A DNA stretch of 64,000 nucleotides, from contig CAUJCN010000002.1 in the NCBI GenBank assembly GCA_963169855.1, positions 517,608 through 581,607 on the forward strand. Direction: 5' to 3'. The stretch is from Patescibacteria group bacterium (lineage in GTDB: Bacteria; Patescibacteriota; Dojkabacteria; J137). The notes below the pieces were generated by a model. That model was not told where the DNA came from and did no database searches. It was given only the letters and a program-made list of their open reading frames with translations. Each line of letters starts with the position of its first letter. The first letter of the stretch is position 1. The position numbers and the translations under genes are program-made. Shown piece by piece: positions 40,316-50,775 of the stretch.

Positions 40316-40912
40316 ATGTCTGTTACCGAGAATACTTTAGAGAATCTTTTTATTTCAAAAGTAAGAATTAAGGCGTTGAGATATTTCTTGATGAACCCTG
40401 AAACTGAAATTCATTTAAGAGGAGCTGTTAGAGAATTCAAAGAAGAGATTAACGCAGTAAGAAGAGAGTTAACTAGACTTGAAGAAGCTAAAGTTATTTC
40501 TTCTACAAACAAAGGTAATAGAAAGTATTTTGAATTGAACGGAGATCATCCTTTCGTTACAGAGCTAATTGCTGTTTTCCATAAATCTTTTGGATTAGGT
40601 TCAGAGATTTTAGAAAATCATAAAAAGATTGGTAATATTGAGTTTGCTCTTCTAACACCGTCGTATACGAGAGGAATTTTCTTGAATATGCAAATTATTG
40701 ACATGGTCATTGTGGGAGATATTGATTTAAAAGTATTGGAAGATATTGTGAATAAGTGTCAAACGAAGCTGAATAAAGAAATTCATTACATGGTTTTAAA
40801 GTCTTCCGAATTTCAGTTGAGAAAAAGAAGAAGAGATCAATTGATGTTAGATCTTTTGATGCAGGATAACGTTCTTCTGATAGGAAATAGAGATTCCTTA
40901 GTTAAATTCTAA
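40316..40912 (+). CDS. Winged-helix regulator with C-terminal degenerate NTase-like domain
   Basis: LFISKVRIKAL..HLRGAVRE..INAVRRELTRL..GNRKYF; IDMVIVGD. Confidence 0.8.
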   Translation: MSVTENTLENLFISKVRIKALRYFLMNPETEIHLRGAVREFKEEINAVRRELTRLEEAKVISSTNKGNRKYFELNGDHPFVTELIAVFHKSFGLGSEILENHKKIGNIEFALLTPSYTRGIFLNMQIIDMVIVGDIDLKVLEDIVNKCQTKLNKEIHYMVLKSSEFQLRKRRRDQLMLDLLMQDNVLLIGNRDSLVKF

Positions 40913-43128
40913 TGAGCAAAACCGTAAAAATTGTTGGTCCATTTTTTACTAACTACAGCTTAGCTAGAGTAAATAGAGGACTGGCGCTCGGAATAAATTC
41001 ACTTGGCAATGAATTTCAATCTAGCTTATATGTTCATCCTGATGAAGCAGATTTTTACCCAACTGATGAGGAACTAAACTCAAGACCTGAAGTTAAACAA
41101 ATATTTAATCGGGAAGATTTTGTAGCAGACTTTGCTATATATAATAATTTTCCTAAAAATGCTGGAAGTCCTTTAGGATTATCAAAATTAAATGCTCGAA
41201 TTAAAATTGCAAATGTTGCATGGGAAGAGAGTATTTATCCGCAACAATGGGTCGATGAAATTAACGAACATGCAAACGGAGTTATGGTGATTACTTCTTT
41301 TGTTAGAGATATTCTATTCAATTCTGGAGTTAGAGTTCCTATAGAAGTTGTTCCTTGCGGACTTGATCGAGGGTATTTTGGAAATGAAATTGGTGAGTTA
41401 CCTTACTCAACAAGCAAATCATTTAAATTCGTTCATGTTAGTACTGGCAAAAAACGAAAAGGTTTGGACGTTTTGATTAAAGCTTACTTTGAGAAATTCA
41501 CAAAAAACGATGATGTGACTTTAATTATCAAATCATTCCCTGGTCCAGATAATGATATCGACAGAATTATTGATGAGCTGAGGACTGAAAATTCTCCAGA
41601 AGTAATTCACATAAACAATCCTGATATTCCTGAAGATGTAATGAAAAATCTTCACAAATCTGCTTCTGCAGAAGTGTATCCTTCGAGGTCAGAAGGGTTT
41701 GGATTACCAATCCTAGAAGCAATGTATTACGGAAAACCAGTAATTGCCACTGGATATAGTGGCTATTTAGATTTTCTAAACGAAGATAATGGTTACTTGG
41801 TTGATTATTCGCTAGTTCCAACAAATGAGTCTGAACTAGTGAACATCGGTGCGAGATGGGCAGAGCCTGATGTAGACGATTTGGGACGCAAAATGAGGCA
41901 TGTTTTCGAGAACTACAATTCTGGAGAAGTTGAAGCAAAAATGAGAAATGCTGCAACGACTGCTCAAGAATATTCTTGGGAAAACTCAGCGTCGAGAGGA
42001 ATAAATTTTCTTAGACAATTGGAAGAAGTTGTTGGACTAAAAAATAAAAGCATTCTTGTAGTTTCTCCTTACAACGACGAGACTGGAATCGCTGAGTACA
42101 CTGAAAAAATTTACAGTAATGTTTCTAGGAGTTTTAAAGAATTTATTATTTCGTCCAATATTGATATCGCAAAAACTTTACGTCCAGACGAAGATTTTGT
42201 GGTTCGAAATTGGAGTTTGAACGATTCTGAATTTGAAGATCTAGTGAAATTTGTTGAAGATAAAAGATTCGATATCGTTCATTTGCAATATCATCCTGGA
42301 GCATTTACTTCAGCAGCTGATTTTAATTTACTTCTTGCGAAGATGAGCAAATTGAGTAGAGTGTTCGTAACTTTACACGCAGTTAGAGGAAAAGATTTCG
42401 ATCTAATTGAATCCATTCCAAATTTGAAATTAGTTGAAGTATTTATTCATAATCAGAGCGATGTTTATCATGCTCAGAATTTAGGTTTACAGAAAGTGTC
42501 GAAACTTCCTTTGTATAAAACTCAGACTTCTCCTCGATCGAAAACTTGGTTGCGAAAGAAGCTGGGAATTCCTGGTCATATTAAGATTCTAGCAACTCAC
42601 GGATTGCTAAATACAAACAAAGGAATTCCTGAAGTTATTCAAGCTATGAGTAATTTGAAGGATCAAGGTTATTATTTACTTTGCCTTAACGCAGTTAGTC
42701 AAAATAATATTTACGCTGGACAGCTCCTTCAATCATGTAAAGATGAAATTGAAAAATTGAAACTTACAGAACACGTTAGATTCATAACCGAATTCTTAGA
42801 TGAAGAAGTTGTTATGCTGTATTTGGAAGCTTCAGACTTCGTGATTTTCAATTATTCCGACGCTGGCGAATCTGCGAGTGCGGCTGTAAACAAAGGACTC
42901 GCAAGTAGGAATCCGGTTTTAATTACTGATATTCCTCAGTTTTCTGAATTTGAACACGAATGTTTTAAGCTTGAAAGCAATTCACCAGAAAGTATTTTGA
43001 GAGGTATCGAAGTTCTTTCAAATTACCCTGACATGAGAAAGAAAATGATAGAGAGTGCAGCAAAGTATATCGAAGCGAATTCGAACTACAAAATTGGTCT
43101 AAAACAAATGGAAATGATTTCTGTATGA
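40912..43128 (+). CDS. Two-domain GT4 glycosyltransferase
   Basis: RKGLD, SEGFGLPILEAMYYGKPVI; second domain NKG, ESASAA. Confidence 0.9.
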   Translation: MSKTVKIVGPFFTNYSLARVNRGLALGINSLGNEFQSSLYVHPDEADFYPTDEELNSRPEVKQIFNREDFVADFAIYNNFPKNAGSPLGLSKLNARIKIANVAWEESIYPQQWVDEINEHANGVMVITSFVRDILFNSGVRVPIEVVPCGLDRGYFGNEIGELPYSTSKSFKFVHVSTGKKRKGLDVLIKAYFEKFTKNDDVTLIIKSFPGPDNDIDRIIDELRTENSPEVIHINNPDIPEDVMKNLHKSASAEVYPSRSEGFGLPILEAMYYGKPVIATGYSGYLDFLNEDNGYLVDYSLVPTNESELVNIGARWAEPDVDDLGRKMRHVFENYNSGEVEAKMRNAATTAQEYSWENSASRGINFLRQLEEVVGLKNKSILVVSPYNDETGIAEYTEKIYSNVSRSFKEFIISSNIDIAKTLRPDEDFVVRNWSLNDSEFEDLVKFVEDKRFDIVHLQYHPGAFTSAADFNLLLAKMSKLSRVFVTLHAVRGKDFDLIESIPNLKLVEVFIHNQSDVYHAQNLGLQKVSKLPLYKTQTSPRSKTWLRKKLGIPGHIKILATHGLLNTNKGIPEVIQAMSNLKDQGYYLLCLNAVSQNNIYAGQLLQSCKDEIEKLKLTEHVRFITEFLDEEVVMLYLEASDFVIFNYSDAGESASAAVNKGLASRNPVLITDIPQFSEFEHECFKLESNSPESILRGIEVLSNYPDMRKKMIESAAKYIEANSNYKIGLKQMEMISV

Positions 43129-43907
43129 AAGAGGACTTACTTTCTCCAGAACAAATAAGCTCAGAACACAACCTCGCACTGCAATCTCTTTTTGAAGTCT
43201 TGAAGAATGAATTTGGAGAAGATTTAATTTCCTTTTATTACTACGGAAGTTTGGCTCGTGGAGACATGCATGTCAAATCTGACATCGATACAATCGCTAT
43301 TGTAAAAGGTAAAACAAATGCTGAACTGAGAGCTTTGAGTGAAAAAATCTCTACGATTTTCAGCGAGAAATTTCCGAATCAAAAAGTAGACGCTGTGTGT
43401 ATAGACGAAACCACAGCAAATAGATCTGATTGGGTTGCGATTATTAAGAAAGGTGGCGTTCTATTTGGTGGAGAAGACTTTTATCTGAATAAAGAATTTG
43501 AGGAAAATTCAGAGATTTTTCTAAATGCAACTTATAAAAAGTATTTCATTACTTCACCCAACGGATTACTTGGTAGAGTTCAGAAGTTTATTAGTGACTA
43601 TACTTTTGATTCGAAGATTGATGAAAATAGAGTAGTTGAAGACACTCAATATTTTTCTAAAACATTTTTTAGATTAGCAATTGGACTTGCCATAAAAAGA
43701 ACTGGCGACACAAGCCTTTTTACTCATAATCCTGAAATGGCACTTTCGACTGTTGGAAATCTTCTTCCAGAACTGAGAGAATACAGCGAAATTGCTTGGA
43801 ACTTTAGAACAAGCGAACATAGAAATTCTGACCCAACGTTACTTTTCAAACTGTCGAATGGAATAAAGATGATTATGGATGAGTTAGAACCGCTGATGAA
43901 GTTTTAG
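43125..43907 (+). CDS. Pol-beta-type nucleotidyltransferase with helical C-terminal domain
   Basis: YYYGSLARGD..SDID. Confidence 0.8.
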   Translation: MKEDLLSPEQISSEHNLALQSLFEVLKNEFGEDLISFYYYGSLARGDMHVKSDIDTIAIVKGKTNAELRALSEKISTIFSEKFPNQKVDAVCIDETTANRSDWVAIIKKGGVLFGGEDFYLNKEFEENSEIFLNATYKKYFITSPNGLLGRVQKFISDYTFDSKIDENRVVEDTQYFSKTFFRLAIGLAIKRTGDTSLFTHNPEMALSTVGNLLPELREYSEIAWNFRTSEHRNSDPTLLFKLSNGIKMIMDELEPLMKF

Positions 43908-44006
43908 ATTAGAATAGTTCCTATCATTTCGATTTTCTTATTTCAAATTTCGTACTTTTTTACTTTCTTTGTTGAATTTTAGTTTCTAAATTTCTCTTAG
44001 ACTCCT

Positions 44007-45302
44007 TTACTCCTTAGACGCCAATCTTACTGCTTCGTGTTCGCTCCAAGTATATTCAACATCATTATACGAAATGAAATCTTCATCACCTTTTCCCGCA
44101 AGGAGAATTATGTCTCCAGCCTCTGCATATTGAATTGCAAAGTCTATCGCATTTAATCGGGAAGTGTAGTCATCAGCATCAAAAGTCACGAATGGAGAAT
44201 CGCTATTACTTACAACTTTTTGAATTCTTTGCTTTAAATTTTCTTTGTTCAACATAAAATATTCTTCTTGAGAACCAACTCTTTCGACTGCTACAAATCT
44301 TTTTCCTGAATGATTGTGCGTAAATACTGCAGAGTTAATATCGTAATTCTTGAATTTCTTTGCTGCGTAAGGAGTTAGGATTGTTAAGCTTGAATATTTT
44401 TGAGCAGTTTCTGGAAGAGTGAAGTCCAAGTAATCTCCTTCTAAACCCAAAACTGTGATTATCTTTTTCCCCATTGGTTTTAAATTCGTAATTTCTTTTA
44501 ATACCAATTCCAGATCTTCGGCTGATCTTGCATTGTCGATTACGATTGTTCGATCTTTTATACTGATTACTTCGAATCGTCCTTTTGCAGTTTTAAATCC
44601 TTGTGTATATCTTGTTAAATTTGAAACTCCAGATAAAGCTTCTGCCATTGTGGAGGAGAGTAGTTTGTTGATTACAGAGTACGATGCTGGGTTTGGAGTT
44701 AAATAATTATTTTCTCTGAAAACGTATTCAATTCCACTATCGATTGATTTGTTGACGATGTTGTAATCATTTTCGTTTACCATTCCTAGATAAAGTGGTT
44801 TTTTGATTTTATCTCTATTTTCGAAAAACCAATTTCTTAAACTTATATCGATTCCATTCCCTAAAAGAACTCCACCTTCCCTAAGCAAATCTGTTATGTG
44901 AGAAAGCTTTTGAGTAGACTCTTTTGTAATTGTATTAGGAACAATAACTCCGTCTAACTGAAGTTCTGAATACAATTCGTTATCTATTCCTGAATCTTTT
45001 AATTCGATAATGAAAAATGGAGAGGTACTGTATTCCAAAAGCTCTTTCAATTCTTTTCTAGAAACATCTTCTGCAAACAAGGATTTCCCAAATTCTTTAT
45101 TAACTAGAGTTCCTGTAGACGATAAAAATCCAGCGCCAATTCCTGAGTTATTTAACAAATGTGACATCAACTCTGTAACTACTGTTTTACCTCGTGTTCC
45201 GTAAACACCAATTATCTTTTTTGCTGCTGGTTGATCTACAACTGGAACTTCTTCTTTAGGTTCTTCTGAGTTAGTTTTCTTAAATCGGTCAAAAAATTTC
45301 AT
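44007..45302 (-). CDS. Divergent Mur ligase (MurE-like)
   Basis: GVYGTRGKT, GRFEVI, IVIDNAR, AGDIILLAGKGDE. Confidence 0.75.
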   Translation of the reverse strand: MKFFDRFKKTNSEEPKEEVPVVDQPAAKKIIGVYGTRGKTVVTELMSHLLNNSGIGAGFLSSTGTLVNKEFGKSLFAEDVSRKELKELLEYSTSPFFIIELKDSGIDNELYSELQLDGVIVPNTITKESTQKLSHITDLLREGGVLLGNGIDISLRNWFFENRDKIKKPLYLGMVNENDYNIVNKSIDSGIEYVFRENNYLTPNPASYSVINKLLSSTMAEALSGVSNLTRYTQGFKTAKGRFEVISIKDRTIVIDNARSAEDLELVLKEITNLKPMGKKIITVLGLEGDYLDFTLPETAQKYSSLTILTPYAAKKFKNYDINSAVFTHNHSGKRFVAVERVGSQEEYFMLNKENLKQRIQKVVSNSDSPFVTFDADDYTSRLNAIDFAIQYAEAGDIILLAGKGDEDFISYNDVEYTWSEHEAVRLASKE

Positions 45303-45475
45303 ACGCTTAAGTATAAATGAAATAGAATAGGAAGAAAATGGTAGCTATATTGAATGATCACTTCGTAAATGCAGTCACTTACAAAATTTAACCTTCACCC
45401 TGCTATAATAAAAGAGAGTTCTTGGATTCCAAGCTAGTTGATTCTTCGAACTTCTTATTTCGAATTTATTTGAAC

Positions 45476-46582
45476 ATGGATCTAAAAGGTAAAAAGATAC
45501 TTATTCTTCATGATTACTTTCTTTACAAAGGTGGAGGAGAGAGGTTGATTATTACAATGGCAAAAAGACTTGGTGCCGATATTGCAACAGCGTTTATTGG
45601 AGAAGATGCCTTTGACCCAAGAGAACATGGAATTAAAACTTTTGAACTTTATAAAGAGAATAGATTTTCTAAACTTCCAGGATTCAGATACACCCAAGTA
45701 AACTTGGCGTTCCTTTTCAAAACGAGAAGGCTAATAAAAGATTACGACATTATTTACTACAGTGGTGATTGCCTAAATGCTCTTTTGGTTGCAAAAGATA
45801 AAGTGAACATTGCCTACATGCATACACCACCTAGACATTTATACGATAGTTATCAGGATAGATTGAAGACTTACGGATTAATTAAAAAATTGATTTTCAT
45901 TCCGTACGCTTGGATTAACAGAGTTCGATTTTCTTGGTTATCAAAAAAATTCAATTTGATTATTACAAACTCTAAAACTGTAAAAGAAAGAATTAAAACA
46001 TATTTGAAGCAGGATTCTGTAGTTGTTTATCCACCTTGTAACACAATCGCTTTCAAATGGATTTCTGATGGCGACTACTTCTTCTCCTGGGGACGACTTT
46101 ATCCTGCAAAACGAATCGATATGTTGGTTGAAGCTTTCTCAAGAATGCACGATAAAAAACTAATTGTTGGATCTGGTGGACCCGAATTAGAAAAAATCCA
46201 ACAAATTGCAGCAGGACATAGCAACATTCAAATTCTTGGGTGGATTTCTGATGAACAACTATTAGATCTTCTAGGAAATGCTATGGCAACAGCATATATT
46301 CCTGTTAGAGAAGATTTTGGAATGACACCTGTCGAATCTATGTACGCTGGAAAACCTGTTTTAGGAGTAGCAGAAGGGGGAATGTTGGAAACAGTAGTTG
46401 ATGGGAAAACTGGAATTTTATTGAAACCAGACTTTACTGTTGAAGATATTATGATTGCCGTCAAAGATTTTACGCCTGAAAGAGCGAAATCTATGCGAAA
46501 AGATTGCGAGGAGAGAGCCACACTATTCTCTGAGGACTCATTTATTGATGGAATTATTAAAGAAACCTCGAAAGTTTTGTAA
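45476..46582 (+). CDS. GT4 glycosyltransferase
   Basis: HDY..GGGER, YMHTPPR, EDFGMTPVESMYAGKPV. Confidence 0.92.
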   Translation: MDLKGKKILILHDYFLYKGGGERLIITMAKRLGADIATAFIGEDAFDPREHGIKTFELYKENRFSKLPGFRYTQVNLAFLFKTRRLIKDYDIIYYSGDCLNALLVAKDKVNIAYMHTPPRHLYDSYQDRLKTYGLIKKLIFIPYAWINRVRFSWLSKKFNLIITNSKTVKERIKTYLKQDSVVVYPPCNTIAFKWISDGDYFFSWGRLYPAKRIDMLVEAFSRMHDKKLIVGSGGPELEKIQQIAAGHSNIQILGWISDEQLLDLLGNAMATAYIPVREDFGMTPVESMYAGKPVLGVAEGGMLETVVDGKTGILLKPDFTVEDIMIAVKDFTPERAKSMRKDCEERATLFSEDSFIDGIIKETSKVL

Positions 46583-46663
46583 ATCAATGATTCCTACGAG
46601 ATAATTTCACTGACTTAGAATCCCGCCATCTTGTGATATAATCGCGACATATTAGCGTCAGTT

Positions 46664-46924
46664 ATGCCAAGTGATGTTGAAACTATATTCCTCGTTGATG
46701 ATGCCGAACAGCAAAAGATTATCGATTTAGTCGAGAGTTGCAAGATCCGCTTGAGACCACTGTTCCATGAAATTAGGAATGTAGACGAATCTGGAGATAT
46801 TTCTTCAAACTATATTTTAGCTCTTCCAGGAGAAAATAGAGTTTATTCATTCACCAATTTAAAATCTTTTAGGCGATTCCTAAGGCACATAATATTCCAC
46901 TCCCATACAAACCAAATTGGTTAA
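46664..46924 (+). CDS. Hypothetical protein
   Basis: 86 aa ORF downstream of TGATATAAT. Confidence 0.55.
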   Translation: MPSDVETIFLVDDAEQQKIIDLVESCKIRLRPLFHEIRNVDESGDISSNYILALPGENRVYSFTNLKSFRRFLRHIIFHSHTNQIG

Positions 46925-46950
46925 AAACTCTAAATGAAGAGCCTTCCCAG

Positions 46951-47172
46951 ATGCTTCCCGGAGATTTGGACGCATTTACACGAACTACAGATCTTCAAGA
47001 TATCGGAACTATCTTGTTTCTTGCAGATATGAGTCCTTATCTCGAACGTGGGTTAAAATTTTGGCTGGGAAACAGACTTGCAAATATGATGGGATATCCT
47101 TCCCTCAAAGCTATGCGAGCTGCTGTTCATGAAGAAATCCGGGCAGAAGCTGCAGAAGCTATTGAAAATTAA
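46951..47172 (+). CDS. Hypothetical protein
   Basis: 73 aa ORF; stop overlaps the photolyase stop. Confidence 0.5.
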   Translation: MLPGDLDAFTRTTDLQDIGTILFLADMSPYLERGLKFWLGNRLANMMGYPSLKAMRAAVHEEIRAEAAEAIEN

Positions 47173-48557
47173 CGCAGTGAGGCAAATTTTGTTTCGTACT
47201 TTTTAATATCAAATTTCCTTTTTAATCCACCGTAATTCATATATCTCACCTTACCGAAGATTGGTCTATCAAACCATTGCCGATCGTGAACTCCGCCAAT
47301 ACTCCAGAGAATTCCTACATATCCGTTAGGATCGTATCCATCCAAACTGTATTTATCGTTTAGATAAACTGCTATATCTACAGCTTCTTCAGGAGATTTT
47401 GTCCATTCAAGAATTTTCTTGCACCAGTACATTCGCATATATCCGTGCATTTTTCCTGTTTGAATCATTTGAATTTGAGCAGCATTCCAAGCAGGATCAT
47501 ATGTCTTTGCGAATTCTAGTTCTTCCTGTGAATAAATATATTCCCGTTTATCTGATTGATGTTCGAGTAGAGTAGCTTTAGCCCATGGTTTTACTCCTTT
47601 GATTGAATCGTAATTTTCATTGTAATAACAGAAGTTATCAGACAATTCTTTTCTAACAACCAGCTCTTCGATGAATGCAGAAATTGATTGTTCTTCTTTG
47701 GAAAGTGATTCTTTTTTCAAAATATTCTCCAAAGATGAATTTGATAGCTTCAAAAGTTCTTTTACAATTTCCAGTGAACTTATTTGACCAAAGTGTAAAT
47801 ATGGACTTAAATCTGATTGATTATTTTTTGTAGGATCGTTTCTTAACTCGTCGTAGTCTTTTAGTTTTTCGTCGATGAAAAGCTCTAACTGATTTCTAGC
47901 ATTTTTATACCCACCAATAAATTCTGGTTTGTACAATCCTTCTTTAGGAAATGAGACAAGCAACTTTTCAAAATATTCTGAAGTAGGAAATACTTCCGCA
48001 TCGATTTTTGGAACATCAACTTTCTCAAGCTTTGAGAATCCTGGGAAATCTTCATCTAGATATCTTTTGATCTGTTTATGGATCTTCGATCGAATTGTGT
48101 AAGCGGCGAATTCTTCTTTATCACTTATAACCCAAACTGGAATAATATTGTGTGTATCGACTACTTTAACACTCGCAGCAGTAGTTTCTGAAAAATTACT
48201 CTTTACAGCTCTCGGACCTCTTAGTGGTGAAAAATCAAAGTACACACTTTCTGGATTCAATTTGTTTAGTTCTACTAGTTTATTGTGATCGAAGAATAGA
48301 AAAGGGATATTCAGAGTTTTCAAATTCTCAGAGACTTCGGAAAGTCCTTCAAACATGAATTTGTAATGTCTGTAACCTCGACTCTTTACTTTTGAATAGT
48401 AGAAAAACACTACATAAATTGGTAGTTTTTTAGACTCGGCTTCTTTGATTGCATAGAGCAGAGCGTGATTTTGAGACACTCGTTGATCTCTAGACATCAC
48501 ATAAATCACACATTTGCCTGTTTCCGAGGAGTTTTTTTGAAGTTGAGTTCTATTCAT
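47169..48557 (-). CDS. phr: Class II CPD photolyase
   Basis: YVMSRDQRV, DTHNIIPVW, LSPYLHFGQIS, GKMHGYMRMYWCKKILEW, DGYDPNGY, RPIFGKVRYMN. Confidence 0.95.
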   Translation of the reverse strand: MNRTQLQKNSSETGKCVIYVMSRDQRVSQNHALLYAIKEAESKKLPIYVVFFYYSKVKSRGYRHYKFMFEGLSEVSENLKTLNIPFLFFDHNKLVELNKLNPESVYFDFSPLRGPRAVKSNFSETTAASVKVVDTHNIIPVWVISDKEEFAAYTIRSKIHKQIKRYLDEDFPGFSKLEKVDVPKIDAEVFPTSEYFEKLLVSFPKEGLYKPEFIGGYKNARNQLELFIDEKLKDYDELRNDPTKNNQSDLSPYLHFGQISSLEIVKELLKLSNSSLENILKKESLSKEEQSISAFIEELVVRKELSDNFCYYNENYDSIKGVKPWAKATLLEHQSDKREYIYSQEELEFAKTYDPAWNAAQIQMIQTGKMHGYMRMYWCKKILEWTKSPEEAVDIAVYLNDKYSLDGYDPNGYVGILWSIGGVHDRQWFDRPIFGKVRYMNYGGLKRKFDIKKYETKFASLR

Positions 48558-48620
48558 ACAGTGATTTTATCAGATGTATACGCGTTGTGTAATTCGCCTA
48601 TCTGATAGTATAATCCGAGG

Positions 48621-49460
48621 ATGCACGCGAAACCAGAATCATTCAGAGAGTCACACGAAGCAAGGGTAGACTTAATCAGGAAGCAGCTTAATTGTCACAA
48701 GCAGGCAGGAGAAGTGAGTGGAAGTGAACCGTGGAAACTGCACATTTACAAAGGATTTGAGACTCCGCAAGTTCATTTAGAGCCAGGTTTAGAAATTGAA
48801 GATTCTTATATATACCTTTTTCAGTTACTAAATGATGTGCCTTTCTTGATACCTCATTTTGAGATGTACTTCGAAGATTACCATGCTGTCCTCGCTAAGG
48901 TATCGACAAGAGGTTTGGTTCCTCCGAAATTCGTCGATCACTACATTGACGGGGAAGAAGACCGCTTTAAAATGTACAGAGGTAAGGTTTTGATCACAGA
49001 TCTTCTCGAGGATAGCAATCTGTTTCAATCCCCCGAAGAAATCAACCCTGAATTCAACAAATATGATCCGGTTGCTAGACTTAAACTGGAGAGAATAGAT
49101 TCTATACGTCAAAATGACTATGTAAAACTTGCAAGTCTCTTATGGTTAATAAATTTATTGAGAACTCAGTTTGAATTACCTCCAAGAAAGCGTTGGGAAA
49201 AAGCACCAAAAAAGAAGCCTTTGGCTGATAATTTCTTTACACAAGTCGCTTACTTACGTGGAATTCTTGCTAGACCAGATTTCTATGAAGGAGAATACAG
49301 GGCAGACACAATTTTGATGAATTTGTTTAGAATGTTTGGTGAAAATTTTTATGAATACCAAGAAGCTATACTGTACGCTTTTGATGTACTAGAACAGAGA
49401 GATGAGCTTGAAAGGGAACAAAAGTACGATGATGAGGACGAAGATGATTTAGAGTTCTAA
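48621..49460 (+). CDS. Hypothetical protein with acidic tail
   Basis: 279 aa ORF; TATAAT 6 nt upstream. Confidence 0.75.
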   Translation: MHAKPESFRESHEARVDLIRKQLNCHKQAGEVSGSEPWKLHIYKGFETPQVHLEPGLEIEDSYIYLFQLLNDVPFLIPHFEMYFEDYHAVLAKVSTRGLVPPKFVDHYIDGEEDRFKMYRGKVLITDLLEDSNLFQSPEEINPEFNKYDPVARLKLERIDSIRQNDYVKLASLLWLINLLRTQFELPPRKRWEKAPKKKPLADNFFTQVAYLRGILARPDFYEGEYRADTILMNLFRMFGENFYEYQEAILYAFDVLEQRDELEREQKYDDEDEDDLEF

Positions 49461-50090
49461 CTATAGAACTATCTTACTTTTTCTATTCGATAAGAAAATT
49501 AGTAGTGGCCAGATTCCGCTTACAATCATCAGTACACCAGCTGCGGAAACAACAAGATTGAAAGAACTTTCACCCAATCCAGCAATTTGTCCTCCTACAA
49601 ATCCCAAGAACACCATAGCTAAGCTCATCATTGTGTCGTAAATGGCGTACGCTTTTCCTGATGAACCATCATTTAGATTTGCTGCGAATAATTTTCTCCA
49701 GTTGACCAAGTTTAATGAGCCCCCAACTCCAATCATAAATTGTAAAAGATAAAATGCTGCTGGAGAAGATATTGATGGATAAAGAAGGTATGGAATTCCC
49801 ATCAAAATATTTCCAATAATTAACAATGTAATTTCATCTCTGTCCGTTCGAACTCTATCAGTTAACCATCCTACTGGAATTTGAAACATAACTCTTGCAA
49901 AGTAGAAAACTGCAGTTCCAATTCCAACAATTTCAACGATATCCATGTTCAATTTTGTTTGTAAGAATAATCCTGTAAACGCTGTTACAACAAGATAAAT
50001 TCCCCAAGTGAAGATGTCCGAAATTGTTAAATAGAAGATAACTTTATTTATTCCTGTGCTTTCTAAAAAAAGTCTTTTAGTATGTTCCAT
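49461..50090 (-). CDS. Half-size (6 TM) MFS-like transporter
   Basis: MFS motif A-like GWLTDRVR after TM2; only 209 aa. Confidence 0.75.
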   Translation of the reverse strand: MEHTKRLFLESTGINKVIFYLTISDIFTWGIYLVVTAFTGLFLQTKLNMDIVEIVGIGTAVFYFARVMFQIPVGWLTDRVRTDRDEITLLIIGNILMGIPYLLYPSISSPAAFYLLQFMIGVGGSLNLVNWRKLFAANLNDGSSGKAYAIYDTMMSLAMVFLGFVGGQIAGLGESSFNLVVSAAGVLMIVSGIWPLLIFLSNRKSKIVL

Positions 50091-50165
50091 GTTTGATGTT
50101 TAAAATTCCTTTTCCCGAAGAATCTTAAAAAAGGTATAATTAATCTGAATTATTCTATCAATATA

Positions 50166-50693
50166 ATGAGTGTTACTCAAAGCGAAATAGAGACAATTTA
50201 CGAAGGCTTTTTCGACGTGATTTACAAATTCTTTTACTTTAAGATTTTGTCACGAGAAGTTGCAGAAGACCTTACTTCCGAAACGTTTATTCAGTTTGTA
50301 AAAGGATTAAAAGAAGACGAAGAGATAGAAAATTTACGCGCATACTTGTTCGGAATTGCGAAGATTATTTTTGTTAATCATTTGAAACAAAAGTATAAAG
50401 ACGCCATTCCTTTCTCACAAATTGGAGATGATTTTGAAGATTTCTTAGTTGAAACTGTGAAAGAAAGAGACAATTCCCCGACACCAGAAGAGACTCTTCA
50501 AAAGTTTATGGACAAGGTTCCAGCGGCTCAAAGAGAGGTTTTAAGATTGAGGTTTTTAGAGAAACTGAGCCTTAAAGAAATATGCGAAAAGATGGGAAAA
50601 GACATGAATTACGTAAAAACAACACAGAAAAGGGGATTGAAGTCACTAAAACAGCTTTGTGAAGTAGGCGTCTCTGATGCGGATGAAGGCTAG
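50166..50693 (+). CDS. ECF sigma factor
   Basis: AEDLTSETF, RAYLFGIAK, QREVLRLRFLEKLSLKEI. Confidence 0.92.
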   Translation: MSVTQSEIETIYEGFFDVIYKFFYFKILSREVAEDLTSETFIQFVKGLKEDEEIENLRAYLFGIAKIIFVNHLKQKYKDAIPFSQIGDDFEDFLVETVKERDNSPTPEETLQKFMDKVPAAQREVLRLRFLEKLSLKEICEKMGKDMNYVKTTQKRGLKSLKQLCEVGVSDADEG

Positions 50694-50775
50694 AAAACCT
50701 TGTTCCGATAAGGGTTTGGTGTACACCAAAGCACACTATTAAAGTAGACAAATATAATTAGTATAATTAACAACA

